25,127 nucleotides of DNA from Candidatus Hodarchaeota archaeon (GTDB lineage Archaea; Asgardarchaeota; Heimdallarchaeia; Hodarchaeales; Hodarchaeaceae), in assembly GCA_016839785.1 (NCBI GenBank), contig JAEOTQ010000118.1, forward strand, positions 1 to 25,127. Direction: 5' to 3'. Both the position numbers and the translations under genes were made by a program. Shown in pieces: positions 8,885-16,752 of the stretch. Below the pieces are notes generated by a model that saw only the letters and a list, made by a program, of their open reading frames with translations, had not been told where the DNA came from and ran no database searches. Position 1 is the first letter of the stretch; every line of letters starts with the position of its first letter.

Positions 8885-10144
8885 TTACATTGGTTCTCCA
8901 GTTAATCCTCCAGGCTTGAAAGTGAGAATCGCTAGTAGAATCAGGAATAAAATAATACTCTCTAAACCAGGGTAGAAGAATTGGCAGAAGGTATGACTTA
9001 GGCCGACGATAATTGAAGCCCAAAAAGTCCCAGCAAATCGTCCGAAGTGTGCTCCACCTATTACAACAATAATAAATGCATATATTAAGTAATTACCTGC
9101 GACATCGAGACTTGCATTTACTTGGGGGACAGCAACAGCTCCTGCGAGTCCTGCCATTGCAGCTCCTGTAGCAAAAACAAGTGTAAAAACTCTTTTTGTA
9201 TCAATCCCAAGCGCATTAACCATCTCAGGATCTTCTATACCCGCAGTAATGATTAAACCAATTCGTGTTCGGGATAAAACGAGAAACATACCAATAGCAA
9301 TTACTAGACCAAACAGAATAAGGAAGATGCGGTATATTTCAAATCTCATACCTCCGCCTAGGTCTAGAATTGCTGATCGGGGAAGCCAAAAAATACCTGT
9401 TTGACTTCCTGACACATAATTATAGGTGAAAATCGCTGGTCCCCATATTATCTCTGTTAATTGTAATATAATATAAAGAAATCCTACCGTTAGTAATATC
9501 TGGCTAATAGGTTTACGAAATAGTCTCCTTATCGTCGTAACTTCAATTCCGATTCCAATTAAACCCAAAATTATTGTTGCTCCAATAAGGCCAAATATAA
9601 AGCATATGAAAGACAGTAGGACTGGATCATTCCCTAGGAAGGGGATAGTAATTAAAAAAGATTCGCTTAGGAGGTAAACCTCGTATCCCATAAACCCACC
9701 AAGCATAAAAAATGCTCCATGCGCGAAGTTAATTATATCGGCCAACCCAAAGATGAGGAAAAAACCTGAGGTCATTAAAAATAATAACATACTGAAAGCT
9801 AATCCGTTAACTAAGGTTAAAGAACCGTTTTGCATAAAGATTTCTACTCCCTTAGACTCCACCTCAACAAACAACCATAAGCAACTAATTACGATTATTT
9901 CTACCAGGGAAAAAATCTGTGGGAGTTTTTCCTTCCGGGGAGTTGGTATAGATAATAATGCTAGTCCCATTATCCATACTCCAACTATCATTTTAAATAT
10001 CTGATTAGGTAGTTCAGCTTTATCTAGAATGATCCACAAAATAGTAATTATCCCAGAAATTAAGGCAATAAAAATCTTCAAGAACAGAATAAGTCTCTTT
10101 TTATAATCCTCATTTGAATTTATTGATCGTATTAAGCTTATCAC
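8885..10144 (-). CDS. livH: LIV/HAAT-family ABC importer permease (LivH-like) with N-terminal membrane extension
   Basis: GFFLIFGLADIINFAHGAFFMLG, RTRIGL, ALGID and FIIVVIGG motifs. The GTG start is supported by SD AGGTGA. Confidence 0.88.
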   Translation of the reverse strand: MISLIRSINSNEDYKKRLILFLKIFIALISGIITILWIILDKAELPNQIFKMIVGVWIMGLALLSIPTPRKEKLPQIFSLVEIIVISCLWLFVEVESKGVEIFMQNGSLTLVNGLAFSMLLFLMTSGFFLIFGLADIINFAHGAFFMLGGFMGYEVYLLSESFLITIPFLGNDPVLLSFICFIFGLIGATIILGLIGIGIEVTTIRRLFRKPISQILLTVGFLYIILQLTEIIWGPAIFTYNYVSGSQTGIFWLPRSAILDLGGGMRFEIYRIFLILFGLVIAIGMFLVLSRTRIGLIITAGIEDPEMVNALGIDTKRVFTLVFATGAAMAGLAGAVAVPQVNASLDVAGNYLIYAFIIVVIGGAHFGRFAGTFWASIIVGLSHTFCQFFYPGLESIILFLILLAILTFKPGGLTGEPM

Positions 10145-10159
10145 AAGTTTTCACCTTCT

Positions 10160-10870
10160 TTAGACATTTACTCCTAAATATCGACTTATTAATTCATGGT
10201 CGTCTACTAAAGTTTCCATTTTTCCATTATGAGCGATTTTCCCATCATCAAAGATGTAGTAATAATCTCCCACGGATTTTGCAGCAGCGAAATTTTGTTC
10301 AACCAATAATACAGTTTTTCTTTTCTCCTTTATTGCATGAAGGGTTTTTAACACGTTTTTTGCTAGTAAAGGTGATAAGCCCTCAGTTGGTTCGTCAATT
10401 AAAAGAAGATCATTATCATTAATTAATGCACGGGACACAGCAAGCATTTGTTGTTGACCTCCACTCAAGCTCCCTGCTTTTTGGCCTAGGAAACGCTCAA
10501 AATCGGGAAATAATTCGAAAATCTCACTCAAACGTTCATCGTAAGTTTTACTTCCCTTCCTCAAGGCAATTTCAAGATTTTGTTCTACTGTAAGACTCTT
10601 AATAATGCGACGAGTGTCAGGAACATATCCAACTCCTCTCTGGACAATTTTATGCGTAGGAAGATGAGCAATATTTACTCCTTTGTATATAATTTCACCT
10701 TTACGTGGAGGGTTAAGGCCTAAAATCGCCCTCATGGCTGTGGTTTTTCCTGATCCATTTCTTCCAAGTAACACTGTCGTTTTTCCTTCAGGTACAAAAA
10801 AAGAAATTCCGTGGAGAATGTAGAACGACTGAATATAAACGTGAATATCATTAACTTCAAGTAAATTCAT
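10160..10870 (-). CDS. livF: ABC ATPase (LivF-like)
   Basis: Walker A GRNGSGKT, LSGGQQQ, IDEP and the LivF-type VEQN. ATG 10870 is preceded by GGTGG (the ORF-track GTG 10879 overlaps this SD). Confidence 0.92.
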   Translation of the reverse strand: MNLLEVNDIHVYIQSFYILHGISFFVPEGKTTVLLGRNGSGKTTAMRAILGLNPPRKGEIIYKGVNIAHLPTHKIVQRGVGYVPDTRRIIKSLTVEQNLEIALRKGSKTYDERLSEIFELFPDFERFLGQKAGSLSGGQQQMLAVSRALINDNDLLLIDEPTEGLSPLLAKNVLKTLHAIKEKRKTVLLVEQNFAAAKSVGDYYYIFDDGKIAHNGKMETLVDDHELISRYLGVNV

Positions 10871-11633
10871 GTATACCACCTAAATACGCTGAAAGAACGT
10901 TTTCATTGTTCTGTATTTCTTTTGGGGTTCCTTTAGCCAGAACTGATCCTTGAGATAGAACAATGACTTCTTGACTAATCTTCATTACGATCCCCATTTT
11001 ATGCTCGATAACTATCATTGTTAAATTGTCACCGAACGATTTCTTGATTTTCAGAAGTATCTCATAAATTTCTGGAATTTCTTCAACAGACATCCCCGCT
11101 GTCGGTTCATCAAGCAGCAATAACTTTGGATTTGTTGCTAAAGCCATGGCTATTTCTAATTTACGCTGTTCTGCGTGAGGTAATAGTGATGCGGGTGCAT
11201 AAAGACGTATTGGATCAATACCGATAAGATCGGCAAATCTAAACGTTTCCTCATGGTATTCTGCATAAGAACTTGCTTTTCCCACAAGATTATAGTGAAC
11301 TTGAGTGTTACCACGGCTTTGAACTGCTAGACGGATATTTTCAAATGTCGTTAGGTAGGGAAAAATATTCGTAATCTGATACGATCTTGAAATACCTAAT
11401 TGAGAGATAGTGTGAGGAGCTAACCCAGCAATGTCTCTATCGTTAAGAAATATGCTTCCTGATGTTGGTTTAAGAACTCCAGTTAATAAATTGAAAAATG
11501 TTGTCTTACCAGAACCATTTGGACCAATAATAGATTTTAATGATCCTTTTTCAAAATCGAGCGACACCTTGTTGACCGCTACCAGCCCTCCAAACTCTTT
11601 GGTTAAACTTTTTGTGCTTAATATTGCTGTCAC
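10857..11633 (-). CDS. livG: ABC ATPase (LivG-like)
   Basis: FGGLVAV, GPNGSGKT, degenerate signature LPHAEQ, LLLLDEP, IEHKM and the C-terminal AYLG typical of LivG. Confidence 0.92.
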   Translation of the reverse strand: MTAILSTKSLTKEFGGLVAVNKVSLDFEKGSLKSIIGPNGSGKTTFFNLLTGVLKPTSGSIFLNDRDIAGLAPHTISQLGISRSYQITNIFPYLTTFENIRLAVQSRGNTQVHYNLVGKASSYAEYHEETFRFADLIGIDPIRLYAPASLLPHAEQRKLEIAMALATNPKLLLLDEPTAGMSVEEIPEIYEILLKIKKSFGDNLTMIVIEHKMGIVMKISQEVIVLSQGSVLAKGTPKEIQNNENVLSAYLGGIHEFT

Positions 11634-11669
11634 TTTTTTCTCTTCCTAATAATAGATTAACATGATGTT

Positions 11670-12689
11670 TCATAAAATATATGTATTTCCTGCTCTTAAA
11701 ACAGTAAATTTAGCTTCTACTCCTTCTTCCAATAATTTCAGAGCTTTATCACAAGTATCGTGAGCTGAAAGTAATAATTTTTTTACTTTGATCGAATTAA
11801 GGAATTTAATCGTTTTTGATAAATCCTTCAAAGTGATCTTCTTAGGAAATGGCTTACCAGTTCCCAAAACTTGTTGGAAAGGCACTCCCCAAATTTTCCC
11901 TCTTGATTCGCTAATAGGAAAATGTAAACCTCCCACGATTGCATAAATAGGTTCATTTGGAACCATTTTTTTTACCATTTTGACAATAACCTCAATTGTT
12001 GGATGTCCACACCCAGTTAGTATCAAAATTCCTTTATTTCTAATTTTGGTTATAATTGCTTGCTCTTCAATATTATTTAAGTAAAATAACTCTCTCCTAA
12101 GTGGCCCTGTTGTAGCAAATCCTGACCCAATGACCATTGGTTTCGTAGTGACAATTATTTTCAAATCATCAGAGGTACAAAACTCGGGCACATAAGCAGA
12201 CCGTTTATTGGTAGTTTTTACTATGTCAGGTAGTGAAATTTCCTTCTCTTTCTTACCCACACTCACCCCCGCATGATCAGAATGTAAATGGGAAAATATG
12301 AATTTGTCGATTTGTTTCTCAAACAAACCAATTTTGTTAACATTAAATGAAAAAACAGGATTTTGATTTCCAAATCCGATATCCATTAGCAAAGATCCTT
12401 TATTTGTCTCTAGATAATAGGAAACTGCTGGATTTCCTTTATATCCCTCTTGAAAATAAAAATCCACAATAACACTCAGATTTAGGAATTCTATTTCTTC
12501 AATTTCGAAAGGAACAGCTGAGTTTATTCGAATGTTATTTTGTTGATTAGTTCTCTGAATTCGTTTTTTAAACTGATAATTTTTCAAAAATAGATATGGT
12601 AAAATTATGGGCGAACTGATAATTAATGCTGGTAAATACGACGTCCACCACCATAAATGAAAGATCCTGGTAGTTAATCTGGCCACCAT
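11670..12689 (-). CDS. Metallo-beta-lactamase-fold hydrolase with hydrophobic N-terminal segment
   Basis: SHLHSDH (HxHxDH), TGCGHP, VGGLH and SAHD metal-binding motifs. The TGCxH/GGLH pattern fits the MJ0448-like MBL subfamily. Confidence 0.85.
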   Translation of the reverse strand: MVARLTTRIFHLWWWTSYLPALIISSPIILPYLFLKNYQFKKRIQRTNQQNNIRINSAVPFEIEEIEFLNLSVIVDFYFQEGYKGNPAVSYYLETNKGSLLMDIGFGNQNPVFSFNVNKIGLFEKQIDKFIFSHLHSDHAGVSVGKKEKEISLPDIVKTTNKRSAYVPEFCTSDDLKIIVTTKPMVIGSGFATTGPLRRELFYLNNIEEQAIITKIRNKGILILTGCGHPTIEVIVKMVKKMVPNEPIYAIVGGLHFPISESRGKIWGVPFQQVLGTGKPFPKKITLKDLSKTIKFLNSIKVKKLLLSAHDTCDKALKLLEEGVEAKFTVLRAGNTYIL

Positions 12690-12727
12690 CTAACTAGGTT
12701 TTTACCGAAAATTCGACTTAATATCAT

Positions 12728-12751
12728 AAAAAAAAGAAAGGGTGAAGAAAT
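12728..12751 (-). terminator. Pyrimidine-rich/oligo-T archaeal terminator after SBP1
   Basis: Immediately after the TAA the minus strand reads ATTTCTTCACCCTTTCTTTTTTTT (T8). Confidence 0.6.
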
Positions 12752-14167
12752 TTATTTTTTCTTCTTCTTATAGAAAACTACTGGTACTATAGCTATCATT
12801 GCTAATGCAAGTCCGAAACCAGGAGCTCTAGTAACAGTTGTCACAACAGTAGTAACGTCTGGATAGGGGACGTAGTTTGTAGCAACTGGGGGAGCACAGT
12901 CTAACGCTGGGATACTTTGATTTAATTCCGCAATGATCATGTTGTACGTTTCAGAGGTTGCATCAGTATCGTTAACGACATCAGCGATGTACATCTCAGC
13001 TAATCCTTGGTGATCAGTGGGGCGTAAATATGTTGGTCCCTTTGGTGTAGTAATGTTCAAACCTTCTAAATGAGCAATCATATTGTCAATTTGAAGAGTT
13101 GGAACAGTGTTTGTAACATTAACTAAGAATTGAGCTGCTCCAAAGGCGCTAGCTGTGAAAAGCTCTGGAACTCGGTATGTAAGTCCGTATTGACCGTTAG
13201 GTGTAACATCTCTGTCGATATGTTCTTGAACCATCCAATCATTGACTGGATTATCTGGGAGTTTGTATCCATAAACACATAATCCTTGGGTTCCAACAAT
13301 AGTTCCTCCAAGAGGTTTTAATGCTGCCTCTAGTGCATTCATTGAAAGAATATCAATAGCTACACCGGAAATATTCATGTTAGCACCAACATTGTATGTT
13401 GCGATATCTGCCCACATACCTGTAAAACTACCAGCCCAGATGATATGAAGCATATCGATACGGCCTGTAGTAGCTTCGGTGTTAAGTCTGGTTAGGTAAG
13501 AAGAGAAATCAGTGGTTCCGTAGGGGGCATACTCGGTTGTAACGACTTGGCCTCCACGTTTAACGACTTCACTCTGCATTGCAGCGACACCTGTGTATCC
13601 GAAAGGATGGTCTAGAGCGAGGAAAGCAATTTTCTTTGCATCTAATACGTCCATAGAATGATAAATACCTGCTTTAGCATCATGGTAACTATTACGAGCT
13701 ACACGGAAGGTATGTTTATCAAATAAGCTGGCTGTAATTTCAGCATCAGCAGCAGGTCCTGCAAAATATAACTTTCCGTAATCAGCGGCTACTTGCATGA
13801 TATTTGGTGCGACACTGCTTGAAATACCTCCAACAAGAATATCTATTCCGTCGGTTTCAATCGCATCTGTGGCAATAGCTGTAACAGCTGAACCGACACC
13901 TGTTGTGTCATAATAATGTATTTCATAAGGTGCACCAGTATCTGTCTGATTAGTATTGTCTGTTGAATATATTAGTCCTAATTCAAATCCTTGTTTAACC
14001 CATGGTGTATAAGCAACCAGAGTTCCTGTTTCTTGAATAAAGACACCTATTTTAATAGGATCTGTCTGATTAGTCTCTTCTGGCAATCCTAAAGTAGGAA
14101 TAAAGCTTGCTGCAGAAAACACAAACAGAAATAAAATTGTTAATGAAAATAGATTTGCTTTTTTCAT
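12752..14167 (-). CDS. LIV-type (PBP1) ABC solute-binding protein SBP1 with C-terminal PGF-type membrane anchor
   Basis: N-terminal signal peptide, PIKIG, DILVGGISS, TFRVARNSYHDA, TTDFS and TPKG..LRPTDHQ motifs. It ends in a Thr-rich linker, PGF, a TM segment and KKKKK. Confidence 0.9.
   Translation of the reverse strand: MKKANLFSLTILFLFVFSAASFIPTLGLPEETNQTDPIKIGVFIQETGTLVAYTPWVKQGFELGLIYSTDNTNQTDTGAPYEIHYYDTTGVGSAVTAIATDAIETDGIDILVGGISSSVAPNIMQVAADYGKLYFAGPAADAEITASLFDKHTFRVARNSYHDAKAGIYHSMDVLDAKKIAFLALDHPFGYTGVAAMQSEVVKRGGQVVTTEYAPYGTTDFSSYLTRLNTEATTGRIDMLHIIWAGSFTGMWADIATYNVGANMNISGVAIDILSMNALEAALKPLGGTIVGTQGLCVYGYKLPDNPVNDWMVQEHIDRDVTPNGQYGLTYRVPELFTASAFGAAQFLVNVTNTVPTLQIDNMIAHLEGLNITTPKGPTYLRPTDHQGLAEMYIADVVNDTDATSETYNMIIAELNQSIPALDCAPPVATNYVPYPDVTTVVTTVTRAPGFGLALAMIAIVPVVFYKKKKK
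13940..14074. repeat. Exact 15-nt direct repeat ATCTGTCTGATTAGT (13940-13954 and 14060-14074) inside SBP1
   Basis: Both copies encode TNQTD with identical codons and lie 120 nt apart. Confidence 0.7.
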
Positions 14168-14218
14168 ATTTTAATTCATCCATCACCAAAATTGGGAAGA
14201 TACCTGAGAGATTGGTTT

Positions 14219-14233
14219 GGGATTTAAAATCCC
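14219..14233. promoter_or_regulatory. Perfect inverted repeat GGGATTT-A-AAATCCC overlapping a TATA-like box upstream of SBP1
   Basis: 7-bp arms. The minus strand contains TTTTAAAT about 55 nt upstream of the SBP1 ATG. Confidence 0.5.
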
Positions 14234-14247
14234 TATTTGTGGCACTT

Positions 14248-14273
14248 ACCGAATGAAATAATTTTCAATCGGT
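14248..14273. promoter_or_regulatory. 26-bp imperfect palindrome, candidate operator
   Basis: ACCGA-A-TGAAA-TAAT-TTTCA-A-TCGGT, lying in the divergent region between SBP1 and the HTH gene. Confidence 0.5.
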
Positions 14274-14360
14274 GATAGGAGTTTCAGAGACCTGATTCTG
14301 TAAATGACAACTCTAGTCGATTTATGCATCATAAAAATAATAAATGAACTCAACCGTTAG

Positions 14361-14368
14361 TTTATACT
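14361..14368 (+). promoter_or_regulatory. TATA-like box for the HTH gene
   Basis: TTTATACT ends 24 nt before ATG 14393, and no SD is evident, consistent with a leaderless transcript. Confidence 0.4.
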
Positions 14369-14392
14369 GTCTTTTTTTGTCGGGAATGTCTT

Positions 14393-15040
14393 ATGCCTTT
14401 AGAATTGAACAGAATATTTGAGAAAGAGCCAATAGGCAATGACAAAACCTCTAAAAAGAAAAGACGTCGGGTTATTCCATCATTAAAGGTCACCGTAGGA
14501 ATAATTGGAGTTTGTTGGGAATCCCCTTCGACAAACGGGGAAATTGCACGCTCCCTAGGAGTCACTGATTCAGTAATTTCCGAAGCTATTAAAGGACGTC
14601 TATTTGATTCCAAGTTACTTTTAAAAGATGAGAGTTATTTGAGTAAAAAGAGTTTTCATTATACTATTAATTTCTCTGGAATAATAGATTACATCACAAA
14701 CCATTTTGAGGTTACTCCTTCTATTGATAATGAGAATATAAAAGAAATTCTCATGATGAATCGTGAAATTGTAGCAGACCGCCTGCTTTGGTTTGTAACA
14801 GACAGTACTTATGAGAAAAGTCTTAGAAAAGTACGTCATGTCTATGAAACCATCCCTGAATTATTACTATTATTAATTTTAAGTCTCGATCCTAATGTAG
14901 AAAATAATAATGTGGAATACTGCCAATTTCTTCGTGAATTTCATCGTGGAATCTTTGAAAAATACAAAGAGGAATCTCCTTTAATCCATGTGTGGTCTGG
15001 TTTCCTCTGGCAAATTTATCGACCTGTAATTTCAAGCTGA
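14393..15040 (+). CDS. Putative winged-HTH DNA-binding protein/transcription regulator
   Basis: HTH-like segment STNGEIARSLGVTDSVISEAIKG followed by a wing-like stretch. Divergent from the transport/enzyme cluster. The C-terminal helical domain is not recognised. Confidence 0.6.
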   Translation: MPLELNRIFEKEPIGNDKTSKKKRRRVIPSLKVTVGIIGVCWESPSTNGEIARSLGVTDSVISEAIKGRLFDSKLLLKDESYLSKKSFHYTINFSGIIDYITNHFEVTPSIDNENIKEILMMNREIVADRLLWFVTDSTYEKSLRKVRHVYETIPELLLLLILSLDPNVENNNVEYCQFLREFHRGIFEKYKEESPLIHVWSGFLWQIYRPVISS

Positions 15041-15135
15041 AACCTAGTAAGAATGGTTTCGAGTGTCTTCTATTCTCTTTTCACCGAAAAAATAAATCAC
15101 TTGGTATAAGAACGTGTTTTTGAAAAAATCTAAAT

Positions 15136-16569
15136 TTAGAATATAATCCGTCGTTTCAAAATAACAGGAATCGTTCCCATAGCTACTAATGGGAGTACTA
15201 TGGTCATTGCAGAGGTCTTTTGGGGTCTCGTAAGGCTTCCAGGTATCCAGTTACTCTCGAGAGGTGGGGTAACTTCCTCAGGCGTAAGTCGTTCGATGAG
15301 CCTGGGAATTAGATAACCATATGTTTCTGAAGATTGTCTTGTATCATTCCAAATTTCCGCTATATAGAATTCAGTGATGGCTTGATGATCTTCTGGACGA
15401 AGATATGTGTCTCCTTTTGGAGTGATAATCGATAGATTACTTTCTAAATAGTTTACCATGTCGTAAATGTCAAAATCTGACACTCTATTGGATACATTCA
15501 CCAAAAATTGTGCTGTAGCAAAACCACTCGCCGAAAATAATTCTGGTACGCGGTATTCATGATTAGAAAATTCCGCATTAGGACGAATATTTCTATTGAG
15601 ATATTCCTGTACCATCCAGTCGTTCACTGGGTTGTTGGGTAATTCATAGCCATATAAACATAATCCTGTTGATCCTAAAAGCGTGTGAGGAGGTGATAAA
15701 CTTTCTTCTATGACATTAATTGAGTAAATATCGATTACTGCCCCTCCCACACCCATACCAGAGGTAACATTGTACTCACCTAAATCTTGCCAGAGGTACC
15801 CAAAATTCCCTGACCAAATGATAAATAGATAATCTATCCCTATATTTTCTTCTGCTGTAAGGATATTACTTATATAAGGACTAAAATCAGTTGTTGTTAG
15901 GGGTGCATATTGAACCAAAATAACTGATCCACCCTTTTCTGAAATAACATGAGTCATTGTATCGACTCCGCTGTGACCAAATGTATAGTCGGCAGCGAAA
16001 AAGGCGAATTTTTCTGCTCCTAGCGTTTCAATAGCATACGTAACTCCTGCATATGCGTCCATCCAGTTATTTCGTGCAATCCGGAAAGTATATGGATTAA
16101 AATCCTTTCCAGTTAGATCACTATCAGCACCTGGGACAATGAAGAAGAGTTTTTGATGTTCTTCGGCTACTTTAGCTATTGCCCCTGCTACATCAGAATA
16201 GGTTCCTCCTACAAGGACATCTACTTCATCTCTTGTAATTGCTGCTTCTGCAAGAGAGATAGCATCAGCAACTAATCCTTTAGTATCATAGTAAACTATG
16301 TCAAAGGGTCTTCCACAAAGAGTTGAATTTGTATTATTGGTAGCATAACTCATTCCAAGTTCAAATCCTTGTTTCGACCAATCTGAATAGAAAGATAAGC
16401 TTGCAGTGGTTTCAGCACTAAAAAATCCAATTTTAATGGGTTTTACTCCCACAACTCCACCTTTCAGGTTTCCTGTACTCATAAGGTAAGAAGTTGATAG
16501 TAAAACGAAAAATAAAACAGAAAATTTTCCCAATGAGCTGGTTCTTTTCCTAGTAAACGTACTTATCAA
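15136..16569 (-). CDS. LIV-type solute-binding protein SBP2, paralog of SBP1, C-terminal TM anchor without PGF
   Basis: Shares blocks with SBP1 (QGFELG, NPVNDWMVQE, YRVPELF, TPKG.TYLRP.DHQ). Hydrophobic N- and C-termini. The TTG start is uncertain. Confidence 0.87.
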   Translation of the reverse strand: MISTFTRKRTSSLGKFSVLFFVLLSTSYLMSTGNLKGGVVGVKPIKIGFFSAETTASLSFYSDWSKQGFELGMSYATNNTNSTLCGRPFDIVYYDTKGLVADAISLAEAAITRDEVDVLVGGTYSDVAGAIAKVAEEHQKLFFIVPGADSDLTGKDFNPYTFRIARNNWMDAYAGVTYAIETLGAEKFAFFAADYTFGHSGVDTMTHVISEKGGSVILVQYAPLTTTDFSPYISNILTAEENIGIDYLFIIWSGNFGYLWQDLGEYNVTSGMGVGGAVIDIYSINVIEESLSPPHTLLGSTGLCLYGYELPNNPVNDWMVQEYLNRNIRPNAEFSNHEYRVPELFSASGFATAQFLVNVSNRVSDFDIYDMVNYLESNLSIITPKGDTYLRPEDHQAITEFYIAEIWNDTRQSSETYGYLIPRLIERLTPEEVTPPLESNWIPGSLTRPQKTSAMTIVLPLVAMGTIPVILKRRIIF

Positions 16570-16752
16570 TTTTGCTCACGGAGGTTATTGGATTTTAAGA
16601 AGAGAACTATTGCCTAATTGGATATCTCTGAATAGAACTAAGTTAAAAAGTTACATGACAGAGTAGGAAAAATCAGTCACATTGGAAAACCATAATTATC
16701 GATTCTAGATTGTAATAAGCTGATTGATATTCCCTTTGAAAGGTGCTGAAAA

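Noticed and set aside
14171-14179. Tiny ATG-AAT-TAA uORF just upstream of SBP1, preceded by GGTGA
   Set aside because: It could easily be chance in AT-rich sequence, and there is no supporting evidence.
15039-15060. GAAACC..GGTTTC hairpin after the HTH gene
   Set aside because: A 6-bp stem with a 10-nt loop and no adjacent U tract is too weak to call.
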